A stretch of DNA of 63,474 nucleotides, counting the filler, from Octopus bimaculoides (Eukaryota), in assembly GCF_001194135.2 (NCBI RefSeq). It is 7 parts of 5 records of this genome, joined end to end, with 100 filler letters (N's around TTAATTAATTAA, not from the genome) between each part and the next. Parts side by side here need not be neighbours in the genome. Positions count along the whole stretch, not along the records: positions 39,973 to 44,750 come from NC_068986.1; positions 44,851 to 48,039 come from NC_069004.1; positions 48,140 to 61,482 come from NC_068981.1; 4 more parts are not named here. One strand, 5' to 3'. The position numbers and the translations under genes are program-made. Every line of letters starts with the position of its first letter. Positions within the stretch are counted from its first letter, which is position 1. This document shows positions 40,060-50,679 of the stretch, in pieces. A model generated the notes under the pieces. It did not search any database. It was not told the origin of the DNA and worked only from the letters and a program-made list of their open reading frames with translations.

Positions 40060-40343
40060 GACACAGAGAATCGGGAGCCCTTTTGGACATTCTATTTTCT
40101 TTGCTGGAAGGGTTCCAAACCCATGGGTAAAGAGGGGTTAGTTGATGGCGGTGGTGTTTTCAAAGGGCTGGCACGTGTAACCTGATCACCTCTGCCAATC
40201 AAACTCCCAACCCATGCGCTCCCGTCGCGACACTGATTTTGCCCAAATTTGACATCGATGTTACTTAGTTTGGTTTGAAATAAAGAACTCGATTAGCTTA
40301 ATAATCCTAACTTAATCCCAGCAAAGCCGGGCTATACTGCTAG
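40060..40343 (+). mobile_element. Helitron 3' terminus (left boundary uncertain)
   Basis: GC hairpin CCCAGC-AAA-GCCGGG (40317-40331), 8 nt, then CTAG (40340-40343) followed by T. Confidence 0.7.
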
Positions 40344-41167
40344 TTTACGATAAGAACCAAAGTATTTAATGACATAGCAAATTTAATTTAATTTGTCAAT
40401 AAATTCTGCTGGCTGGTTAAAAGTATCTTTAATATAAATTTTCAGGTAACATATGAAGTAGCAGGTTGTAGATTCTAATGTTATTTTTAAGGAGCCTCAA
40501 AATTAACGAATAACTCAAATGGAAAAAAATATACTAGTGAACAATCCCGGAAAGCAACGTAAAATCCGCTCATCGCAGCCCAGTCTGGCAACGGTGTCTA
40601 TAAAATCCTTCCCAGTGCTTGACCGGTAGTTTTTTTTTTTTTTTTTTTTTTTTTTNNNNNNNNNNNNNNNNNNNNNNNNNNNNNNNNNNNNNNNNNNNNN
40701 NNNNNNNNNNNNNNNNNNNNNNNNNNNNNNNNNNNNNNNNNNNNNNNNNNNNNNNNNNNNNNNNNNNNNNNNNNNNNNNNNNNNNNNNNNNNNNNNNNNN
40801 NNNNNNNNNNNNNNNNNNNNNNNNNNNNNNNNNNNNNNNNNNNNNNNNNNNNNNNNNNNNNNNNNNNNNNNNNNNNNNNNNNNNNNNNNNNNNNNNNNNN
40901 NNNNNNNNNNNNNNNNNNNNNNNNNNNNNNNNNNNNNNNNNNNNNNNNNNNNNNNNNNNNNNNNNNNNNNNNNNNNNNNNNNNNNNNNNNNNNNNNNNNN
41001 NNNNNNNNNNNNNNNNNNNNNNNNNNNNNNNNNNNNNNNNNNNNNNNNNNNNNNNNNNNNNNNNNNNNNNNNNNNNNNNNNNNNNNNNNNNNNNNNNNNN
41101 NNNNNNNNNNNNNNNNNNNNNNNNNNNNNNNNNNNNNNNNNNNNNNNNNNNNNNNNNNNNNNNNNTG

Positions 41168-41383
41168 TGTATGTATGTATGCATATGTGTATATGTTTGT
41201 GTGTCTGTGTTTGTCCTCCAACATCGCTTGACAACCGATGCTGGTGTGTTTACGTCCCCGTAACTTAGCGGTTCGGTAAAATAAGTACTAGGCTTAAAAA
41301 GAATAAGTCCTGGAGTCGATTTGCTCGACTAAAGGCGGTGCTCCAGCATGGCCACAGTCAAATGACTGAAACAAGTAAAAGAG
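41168..41383 (+). mobile_element. SINE family B, 3' half (5' half probably in the adjacent gap)
   Basis: GTTTGTCCTCCAACATCGCTTGACAACCGATGCTGG..GGTGCTCCAGCATGGCC..GACTGAAACAAGTAAAAG. Confidence 0.9.
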
Positions 41384-42904
41384 TAATTCCCGAAGAATAC
41401 AATGAAAATTTGACTTCAGTGGATTTTGAAATCAAAACAATAAAGGTCCTGAACAAATACTAGCTGAAGTATCTTCTCCGACGTGCTAACGATTTCGTTA
41501 GTACACCATCTTTGATAAAAGGTAGTCTCTTTGTTTAATCTAATTTCTGTGGATTGACAGATTCATTAACACATTAGTAGCAGAATATTTAGGTCATTAT
41601 GAACCTTTACGTCCTGAGTTCAAATCCCACTAAGGTCGACTTTCGTAATTCAGGGAAATTAAAGTCAATCATGTCTTATTGTCGATATAGTCGACTGACA
41701 CCTTCGTCATCACCGCCACGCAAAAAAAAAGAAAAAACAATAGGATTAATCACCTGTGAATGGATACATTGATCACTGAAAGATCAAGCAATTGACTATT
41801 TGTTCGCACTAATGAGTAAATAAACATGGCAATAATATTAATAATAATCTAAATTAATCTTTGGCGCTATTAACCTATTAGCAGGGTTTTTTCTGCTTTT
41901 CATTTCTTTCTTATTTTCTCATATGGACTAAAATAATATTTGGGTTCTGAAACATAGCATATGCCTTGCAATAATAATAATATTTAACTTCCTTATTATT
42001 CTGAAATTCAAGGCTTGACGCAGATACTAGTATTTACGTTAGTCTTTTACACATACAAACAAGCGAGCACACATAAATATGGACTGCCAGAGTAACAACT
42101 ACTAAAGTATAACTCAATTCAACCAGAGAGAGAGAGAGACAGACAGACAGACAGGGACAGACAGACAGACAGAGACAAAGAGACAGAGAGGGAGGAGTAG
42201 AGAGGAGGAGAAAGAGCGAATGCGACTTATTTGTAGCCTTCCAAGTAGGCTGCAAATTGTCATCATCGCTGAAGTCCAAGATAGAATACTTTGCAGTATT
42301 TGTTCCGACGTTCCAAGTTCAAATCTTGCTGGTTTAAGTTTGCTTTTGATTTTTTTTTGGGGGGGGGGGAGTTTATAATCTCTCTCTAATCGGCTACGTT
42401 GTACCATGAGAAGGGTCGTGGCGAACTACACATACAGTAACTCCTTTTAACAGATATGAGGAAGGATTGCTACTCAATTGAAATCATCCAAATTCGGGCT
42501 GGTGTATAGTACAGCACAGTATGGAAATAAAGATGGAAAGTAATAATATCGCTAACGTTGAGCATAATGCTCTTAGGAACAAACAAGGAATGAATGTCTG
42601 TGTAGTTGCTCCAACAGCTAAAAGTAGAAGCAAAATATCCTTGAAATTACATCCTCACCGTCTTAAGAAGATAACTTATTTGATAGATGCAAAAATTCCA
42701 CAAGCGCTGTCCTTTCCACTCTAACAATTACCATAAAGTTTTGTTTTCTGTAAAATATCTGCCTAACAGCTTACAAAACTGACGAACAAAATCAAATGAA
42801 GGTAATATGTTTTCGTATTTAGTTTCAATGCAGCAATACTAAACATGTAAAATTCGTTATCTAAATCGGTATGATGTCAACTTTTGTTACCATCATTTAC
42901 TTAT

Positions 42905-43400
42905 ATTAGGTCGTCAAGTATAAAATTTGTAGAAAAGAAAAAAAGTTTGCTAAAGTTTTATAAATACAAGGAATAGTTTTATTCATCATAGTATGCACCC
43001 ATATTGTCAATACACTTTTGCCATTTCAGCAGTAGCTTGTCCAGCCCGGAACTGTAAAAGCCTGGCAATCTAGAGTCAATAAAATCTTGGAAGGCCTTAT
43101 CCAAATTCTGGAAGAAGTGGTAGTCAGTGGGGACAAGATCAGGTGGGTATGATAGATGATGGAGAACTTCCAACCCCAACTCCTGTCATTTCTGGCGTTG
43201 TCCTGCAATAAAATAGGAGTGGGTCTGTTGACTAATCTAAGCTGTTTTTCTTTTGTTTCTGCATCATTTGGTCCAGTTAGCTGCAGTATACTTCGGCTGT
43301 GATTGATGAGCCAGGTTTAATGGAAATCATACACCTGCGCCAGACTACCAAACACTCCATCAGCTTCTTTTGATGAATCTTGCTTTTTGAACTGTGTTTT
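42905..43400 (-). mobile_element. mariner (DD34D-type) transposase 3' fragment with probable TIR
   Basis: HQKKLM, KPGSSITAEVYC, LLQDNA, YPPDLVPTDYHFF, KWQKCIDNMGAYYDE*; TA|TTAGGTCG at the left end. Confidence 0.85.
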
Positions 43401-43548
43401 GGTGGCTTGTCTTTTGTTGGCTTGTCTTTTGTTGGGTTTTTTTCCCCCACTCTTTGCTCGTGATTCGGCAATTGTCCCACTTTTTCCTAGGATGATGCTT
43501 TCGCATTTCTCGCATGGTCTTTCTATAAAGGTAATCATAACTTTCACG

Positions 43549-43797
43549 TTAGGGTGAGGATTTTTTTGCCCCACAGTGGGCTTCTTGCCGGCAGAGAACA
43601 TCACAATGATGATCTTTGCACAATTTTGCAACAAATTTTTTATTAGTTGCAGAGAGCCCTTCAACGTTCAGAGATATAATAGTCAGCGCTGGCCCTAAAG
43701 ATGGGTACTGAACACTCTTCTTGCTCCAGACTGAGGGACTTCGGGGATCTGTTAAAAATTGTTGTCTTTCAACTCGGTTCGGAGGTATTTGATACAT
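43549..43797 (-). mobile_element. Vingi/Ingi-like LINE AP-endonuclease N-terminus
   Basis: LTIISLNVEGLS...LCKDHHCDVLCRQEAH (APE motifs SxNxEG and CxQExH). Confidence 0.65.
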
Positions 43798-43814
43798 TTC
43801 GATGATAATACCAA

Positions 43815-44345
43815 GTACTACTTGACAGGGATTGCGACGTGAATGTGTCTAAGTTAATAACCCATGCCACGAAACTTGAACCAGTATTGAACAACCTGAT
43901 CACAGGTTGCACGAAGCCCACCAACACAACCTAGACCTCTTCACCGCCATTGCCTCTGCTAATATGAGACTGACCAGTTGAGTCGAGACGACAAAAGCTA
44001 CTAGTGATAGTAGTCACCTCCTCTATGAACGACAACCCCCTATCCAAACGACTACAATAAGAAAGCTTCCATAGCCATATGCAGCCTGTAACAGCATCTC
44101 AGAAAGAAATCAGACTTCAGCTCTCAATGATTCTCCTCCAATTGACATGGGAAATAACCCCACCTATCTCAAAAGCACTCATGGAAGACACTCGACTGCC
44201 AAAGAACGAAAACAGGATGGTTAAAAGTTACTTTGGTCAGATGGGACTACAAGACCGGCCCCTCTACCTTTGAATTTGAAAAAGTAGACTATATGTGCAG
44301 CACTTCATTGTCTCCACCCTTATATCAAACCGCTACAGCTCAATG
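43815..44345 (+). mobile_element. Vingi/Ingi-like LINE C-terminal region, decayed
   Basis: Frameshifted THATKLEPVLNN..ITGCTKPTNT..AIASANMR, resembling the HAxKxDxxLN..ITGCLKPT..GIAPPxIRR region of Vingi-type ORFs. Confidence 0.55.
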
Positions 44346-45334
44346 ACCTTACATAGTTCAATAAAAATGAAGAAAAAAAAAAACAGTAAAAAATGGAAAA
44401 CTGTCACATAGCCATTAAGCTTCGAAGAATCGAAAAAAGAATCCTTTCAGAGTCGATAAAAAAGTACCAGTCCCAGGAGATAATTTAGCAGAACTATAAG
44501 AAGGTTGGAAATGATGCTTTGCAACACTTATTCTGGCTTTAGGCATTTTGTGTTCAAGTCTCACCATGGCGTTCTTGGGTGATAAACTGAATCCGTTGCC
44601 TTGTCTCATACTACCACCTAGTTCTTGGGCGTCTTTATTGGAATCTATTCTGCTGCAAAGATCAGGGTCAGTTCTTCCGTTTGAGGACATCTTCTTCCCT
44701 GTGAGTTTCGGATGCTCTGTTAAAGGGTCATAGGTACTACCTACCCACCTNNNNNNNNNNNNNNNNNNNNNNNNNNNNNNNNNNNNNNNNNNNNTTAATT
44801 AATTAANNNNNNNNNNNNNNNNNNNNNNNNNNNNNNNNNNNNNNNNNNNNATTTGCTTTTTTCATTTTCTTTTTTTCTTCTTCGTTTTATTTGCTTTTTT
44901 CTTTTTAAATTTGCTGTTTTACCCTAACCCTAACCCTATCACCGATAGAATTGTTTCAGAATCGTTTGTTTATGTAGTCGGCACTTAATGTATATCGGCT
45001 GAATGGACGTCAGTGATTGGTTGAAATTACAGAAATACGACAACTTTAACATGGAATAACTTAGGGATTTCTTTTTTTTTTAAAGAAGACTAAGAGAAAA
45101 AGATGTTTTATATGACACATTCTACCAGTGTTCCAAGTTTCAAAGTGTTTCGTTAATGAAAAATGTGGCCCCCGTTTTAAAAAAGATCCGTATACACACA
45201 CATACACACACACTCACAAATTCAGCTATATATTTATAGATATATACGTATGTATGTATGTATGTATGTATGTATGTATGTATGTATGTATGTACGTACG
45301 TATGTATGTATGTATGTATGTATGTATGTATGTA

Positions 45335-45885
45335 TAAAGTGTTATTCAAAAAGGATGAACCGATTTCATTACCTAATACTTTGATAAGAAAAAGCAGTAG
45401 AAAACTCCAGCTAAATCACAAGTATTTACTCACAATCAAATTTTCTTTCCTGTCTTACAAGTGTTCATTGTGGGCATCACCTGCAGTATGGGCAACATCA
45501 ATGCGATAAGAGAATTTTTCCTTTGCCCTTTGTACTTGGCCTACGAGAACCCCAGACCTCACCGTGTGTGATCTTTTTCTTGTAGGGATATGTAAAAGAT
45601 AGCGTTTATGTTTCACCGCTGCCCACTAACCTCGATGACCTTAAACATCGAATAACAACAGTGATCAACTCAGTGGATCGTGGTATGCTGATACGCGTCT
45701 CAGAGGAATTCTCTTATCGCATTGATGTTGCCCATGCTGCAGGTGGTGGCCACATTGAACACTTATAAAACAGCAAATAAAAATTGATTGTGAATTAATA
45801 CTTGTGACTTAGCAGGAGCTTCTATTGCTTTTCCTTATTAAAATATTGCGTAATGAAATCGGTTCATTCTTTTTGAATAACCCTA
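45335..45885. mobile_element. Palindromic non-autonomous Tc1/mariner derivative with ~180-bp inverted arms
   Basis: 45335-45516 and 45707-45885 are reverse complements, flanked by TA. The plus strand encodes WPTRTPDLTVCDLFL*GYVKDSVY..RIDVAHAAGGGHIEHL*. Confidence 0.9.
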
Positions 45886-46815
45886 TATATATATTGTTGT
45901 ATTTCAGGATGGTCATTTTCTTTTTCAAAATAAACACATGCACTATATAGTCGTTCTTCCCTCGTTTATTACTGTTCTTATTCTAACTCATGTCCATTGT
46001 CCGAAAATCTTTCGTCACGCATCTGTGACCTCCTTAGCGACACTTTCCGTCTTCGTATGTGCTCTTGCCCTGCGTATTCCATTCTGTTCTTCTGTGATAT
46101 GAAACCTTATATGCGCATGCGTCTGTGTGTGTCTACTTGTGTATGTATGTCATTGTTCTTAGTAGCACTATGACCCTCCTCTCAGCCCCGTTCCCTTCCT
46201 TGTTGCCGCTGCTGCTGCCCTTGAACCCGACTTTTTGTACCGTTCTTGTCACTCACTGTGTTTGTGTATTCGCCCACGCTGCTGACATCGTGGTAGATGT
46301 TGTTGTTGTTGTTCCCATTGTTGTTAGTCGTGTTGTTAATATTGCTGCTACCGTCTGTGAATTTACCGTATGTGCGTTCGTGTGTGTATATGGGTTCGCC
46401 CCCTATGTTGTTTGTATCCGTGCCCCTTATAGTCTTTTTTTAATATCTCTAATTCTTATATATTTATCATAGGTATTTGCATATATGTCTTTGTATGTGT
46501 ATTACGTTGTTTGTAACTGTTATTTTTCTCCCTTCAGTCTTAGTCTTTAGTCGTCATGTTTTGTGGTGTGGTGGTGGATGTTATTGTTCTCTTCGTGTTT
46601 TCTGTTGAGGCTCGGTCTGTCTATTGCTATGTGTGTAGCCTCTGTGATCTGTCTAAGTGTCGTGTCAGTTCTATGTATTGATAATACTTTGACATCTGTG
46701 CTATTGACTGAGCCTCTATGTTCTGCTTGAGCAAGTTGGTATAGCACTGACAAGACTTTCTCTTCTTTGAGCTCTCACCAGTGTCCACCTATGTGCTCTC
46801 CTATGCTGCGTACTG
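45886..46815 (-). mobile_element. Penelope-like element 3' part: GIY-YIG endonuclease C-terminus plus 3' UTR/pLTR
   Basis: SIGEH motif, then SVLYQLAQAEHRG..VKVLSIHRTDTTLRQITEATHIAIDRPSLNRKHE; ends at (TA)n. Confidence 0.75.
45998..46042 (-). ncRNA. Degenerate minimal type I hammerhead ribozyme-like motif
   Basis: TGTCG-CTAAGGA-G-GTCAC-AGATGC-GTGAC-GAAA-GATTTT-CGGACA. Core elements are in the correct order, with stem II and stem I, but G5 is mutated to A. Confidence 0.45.
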
Positions 46816-46821
46816 TCTCTC

Positions 46822-46923
46822 CAGTGTAAGTAGTTGCCTTCAGTGTAAGTAGTTGCCTTCAATGTAAGTAGTTGTCTCCAATGTAAGTAGTTGTCATAGT
46901 TCGGCAACTACTTACATTGGAGA
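46822..46923. repeat. 19-bp minisatellite x4 plus one inverted copy (21-bp hairpin)
   Basis: CA(G/A)TGTAAGTAGTTG(C/T)C.. units at 46822, 46841, 46860, 46879; inverted GGCAACTACTTACATTGGAGA at 46903-46923. Confidence 0.92.
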
Positions 46924-47199
46924 AAGAACATGCAAAACGATAAGCGTTAACTTGATAAGCCGATAATGTACACTAATGTCGCTGACACTGTAAGACTGTT
47001 TGTAATGTGAGAACGTCGTAGGTGAACAAAACTCAAAACTGCAGAATTACACAATGTTGCTCAGGTAGCTGCTGCTGCGTCGACCAATCACGTCTTGTCA
47101 CGTGAACACGTAGTCAGCCAATTGCGTACCCGAGGGATTCTTCTGAGAGACGCCCACAACAAACAAGAACAAACGTATGAATTTTGTTAGTGGAACTAA

Positions 47200-47323
47200 A
47201 TTTAGCAGAAGCTAATTAGTCCGCTAACGGTTTCAAAACTTAGCAAAAACGCTAATCCGCTAAACGTAAAATTAGTTTCGCTAATTAGTTGTTAGCGGAT
47301 TAGAGGAACCGTGCCCATCACTG
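47200..47323. mobile_element. End of a non-autonomous DNA transposon with GCTAA subterminal repeats (hAT-like?)
   Basis: Multiple GCTAA/TTAGC motifs in both orientations, ending GTGCCCATCACTG before (TA)n. Confidence 0.4.
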
Positions 47324-47676
47324 TATATATATATATATATNNNNNNNNNNNNNNNNNNNNNNNNNNNNNNNNNNNNNNNNNNNNNNNNNNNNNNNNNNNN
47401 NNNNNNNNNNNNNNNNNNNNNNNNNNNNNNNNNNNNNNNNNNNNNNNNNNNNNNNNNNNNNNNNNNNNNNNNNNNNNNNNNNNNNNNNNNNNNNNNNNNN
47501 NNNNNNNNNNNNNNNNNNNNNNNNNNNNNNNNNNNNNNNNNNNNNNNNNNNNNNNNNNNNNNNNNNNNNNNNNNNNNNNNNNNNNNNNNNNNNNNNNNNN
47601 NNNNNNNNNNNNNNNNNNNNNNNNNNNNNNNNNNNNNNNNNNNNNNNNNNNNNNNNNAATTTCAAACAAATTTATT

Positions 47677-48039
47677 TTAATGTGGGGTAGGACCGCCTTT
47701 GGCAGTAATTACAGCTTGAATTCTACGAGATATAGACTCGTACAAAGTTTGAATTGTTTCTAAAGGAATTTTTGTGCATTCTGCAGCTAAAACAGTCTCC
47801 AGTTCTTGTAGTGATGATGGTGGAGGATATCGACTCCTTATTTATTTTTCTAAAATGCTCCATAAATGTTCAATAATATTGAGATCTGGGGATGTTCAAC
47901 TTCACTACAATGTTCCTCGTGCCATTCAGTAACAACTTTAGCTGTGTGAATTGGTGCATTATCATCCTGAAAGATTGCGTTTTCCTCCGGAAACAGTTCC
48001 GCAACCATAGGATGAATTTGATCAGATAAAATGCTGTCA
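47677..48039 (-). mobile_element. Tc1 (DD34E-type) transposase 3' fragment
   Basis: IFQDDNAPIHTAKVV..PDLNIIEHLWSIL..SRRIQAVITAKGGPTPH*. Confidence 0.88.
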
Positions 48040-48139
48040 NNNNNNNNNNNNNNNNNNNNNNNNNNNNNNNNNNNNNNNNNNNNTTAATTAATTAANNNNN
48101 NNNNNNNNNNNNNNNNNNNNNNNNNNNNNNNNNNNNNNN

Positions 48140-48462
48140 TGGCTAGAGTGTCTGCCGGAGCGGTAGGTGACTAGGTGACTGGCAGGTTTCCTGAAGTTGG
48201 TATTGCAGACCATAAGATTGGTTGCATCACAGAACTCCAGCAGTCTGGTTCCCTCCTCGTTGCGGGAACCGAAGCCATAGCCTCCATGTATGCCATGGAA
48301 GCCCCCAGCACGACGTCCGACATGACCGTTGAAGTCTCCAGCCACAAAGAGAAGGTCCCTGTCACTCGTCGACGAGGTAGTTTGCAAGAGGGTGTCATAG
48401 AATTGGTCTTTCAGACCATCTGGTAGCCCAGGTTGAGGTGCATAGGCTGAGATGACAGTAGC
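48140..48462 (-). mobile_element. RTE LINE AP-endonuclease fragment
   Basis: VISAYAPQPG..GDFNGHVG..GGYGFGSRNEEGTRLLEFC..VCNTNFRKP..HLVTY. Confidence 0.9.
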
Positions 48463-49355
48463 TAATCTATGATGAAGCACTAGTCTAAATATTAGTATTA
48501 TTAATCTAATGCTTTTATTCAAACAATATTTTGAAAAGCACCTCATTACCATGCAATACAGAATTCAAGCTAAGTTCAAAATGAGCTTCCAATCAACTGA
48601 CTAGGAAAAGCATGAACATCACAACTCTAATTTTACCCTTACATTTCTTGCCAAGTTGTTTAGGTAAAACATCTCCAAAATACAGTAAGAGTTGTAACTA
48701 TATCTGGGGATAAATATTCATTTTCTATCACAAGTAGAACACAAATATTTTTCAATATACAGAAGCAAATTACAAAAGTTTTCATTCTTTTAAGATGCTA
48801 ATACTTTTCCAAGATGTAAAGTCATTCAAAATTTAAACATAAGTACTACGGCAGAAAATTCAATCACTAGAGTGTTAAATGGTCTTGTGGTATTTGTTCC
48901 AACTCAGAGTTCAAATGCCACCAATGTAAACTTTGCCTTTCATCTTTACAGGATCGATAATAGAGTACCAATCCAGACCAGACCTGCAAGAATACTGGAC
49001 TGGATGTTTGGTTGTATTTGTTTCAGCATTCTAAGTTCAAATCCTGCCATGGCAGAGGAAGTAAACTGTTGCACATGAGTGCCTTTAGTGTTGTCCACTC
49101 TGTAACAAACATTTAAGCCAAGTCTTCTGCTGAGGATACCTCATTCCCTAATACCCGTTTCAGAGGGCTTGTAAGGGATCATGGACACTACCTTATCTCC
49201 TGACTTTAAAAAAAAAAGATAAAGAAAAATTCAATTTGAATTATAATAAACTAAGGAAAATAACTCATAAGAGCAACAGATGTACTAATTTCGATTTAGT
49301 AAATTTAACTGTTCCTTCCTTTAATCCATATCTTTAAAACATTTTCAATACTTAC

Positions 49356-49436
49356 TTTAGATTTTTTCTTTTGCAATCTACTGTTTACAATATCGATAAT
49401 TTCCTCTGCATCCTGACTGTCAATATCATAACCATT
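49356..49436 (-). CDS. DNAJC10: DNAJC10/ERdj5 near-terminal exon
   Basis: ttttttttcag|...|GTAAGT. NGYDIDSQDAEEIIDIVNSRLQKKKSK, 81 nt, phase 0-0; comparable to the ERdj5 C-terminal helix (INTRDAKAIAALI). Confidence 0.82.
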
Positions 49437-49593
49437 CTGAAAAAAAAGGTTTAGAAATATAAACAGGAGAAAAGTCTAAATCTTATAAATTCTTTAGTCT
49501 GATTTGGTAATAGAGTTATAATTTCAGTAGTACTAGGGAGGGAGGGAGGAAGGAAGGAAGGAAGGAAGGAAATCATAATGGAATTAGTATTAC

Positions 49594-49716
49594 CTTATAA
49601 TGTTTGGAACCCGTGAATAATCGTACTGAGGGATATGCTGAGATTCCATATTGCTGGCATATATGAAATTCTACTTCACAATCAACTTTACCAGCATGAA
49701 CAATGCCTTCTAATTT
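49594..49716 (-). CDS. DNAJC10: DNAJC10/ERdj5 exon, second half of Trx4
   Basis: ttactacag|...|GTAATA. KLEGIVHAGKVDCEVEFHICQQYGISAYPSVRLFTGSKHYK, 123 nt, phase 0-0; AGKVDC and AYP motifs. Confidence 0.92.
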
Positions 49717-49855
49717 CTGTAGTAATTAAAAAAACAAAAAGAAAATTTCATATTAACATTTATGCACTGAATAAATCTGATTATTACCAATTCATTCAAG
49801 CACAATACAGATTCTCACAATTCTTTTAAAGGTATGGTTGGTCTTCCAAATATTG

Positions 49856-50067
49856 ATTTCAAATTTTGGCATAAGGCCAGCAATTTCAGGGAAGGGGTAA
49901 GTCATTTACATCAACACCTGTGTTCAACTAGTACTTATTTTATCTACTTCAAAAGGATAAAAAGTAAAGCCAACTTTGGCAGAATTTGAACTCAGTACGT
50001 TAGGACAGACAAAATGCTGCTAAGCATTTTGCCCCGCGTTCTAACTATTCCACTAGCTTGCTGCCTT
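49856..50067 (-). mobile_element. Intronic SINE family A copy with 13-bp TSD
   Basis: TSD CTTCCAAATATTG at 49843-49855 and 50072-50084. Confidence 0.88.
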
Positions 50068-50282
50068 TCTCCTTCCAAATATTGTCTATAGATTTCATCC
50101 TCAGCCACTTTTACAGGAGCCTTGTGCTCAGTCTTTCTGATATCTAAATGTTATGTACTCAATGAGTATAAAGACAAAATTGTAAAATGCACGCACGCAC
50201 ACACACATACACACGCACACACACACACACATACACCCACACACAAACAAACATACGCATGCATGCATATATAAGTATGTAT

Positions 50283-50424
50283 GTAAGGCATGACTGTGTG
50301 GTTCATAAGCCCACTTTGCAACCATGTGGTTTCAAGTTCAGTTTCACTAAATGTCTACTACTATAGCGCCAAGCAACCAATGTCTTGTGAGTGGATTTGG
50401 TAGGTGGAAATTGTGTTGAAGCCC

Positions 50425-50466
<42 letters not shown>

Positions 50467-50669
50467 GTCTGTTTTGCCCCCTCCTTAGTGCTCAACAACC
50501 AGTGCTGGTTTGTTTACATCCCTATAACTTAGCAATTCATCAACAGGAGTCGGTAGAATAAATACCAGACTTTAAAATAAGTTCTGGTGTTGATCTGTTT
50601 AACTAAAACCCTTCAAACTGATGCCCCAGTGTGGCCACAGTCCAATGAAAAACAGATAAAAAGATAAAG
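50283..50669 (+). mobile_element. Intronic SINE family B copy, full length, CpG-decayed
   Basis: Head GACTGTGTGG..CAACCATGTGGTTTCAAGTTCAG, GTGAGTGGATTTGGTAG, internal (GT)n, tail CCCCAGTGTGGCCACAGTC..AAAAGATAAAG. Confidence 0.85.
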
Positions 50670-50679
50670 CATTACTTAC

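Noticed and set aside
451-41263. Numerous long ORFs of the MYVC/HTYI/IYIY type and ORFs of 200-600 aa containing X runs
   Set aside because: They are translations of stop-free microsatellites or read through N gaps; no domain content.
49020-49045. AG|GAT at about 49043 as the DNAJC10 terminal exon
   Set aside because: Encodes DLNLEC*, lacks a pyrimidine tract and lies in a SINE B-box relic.
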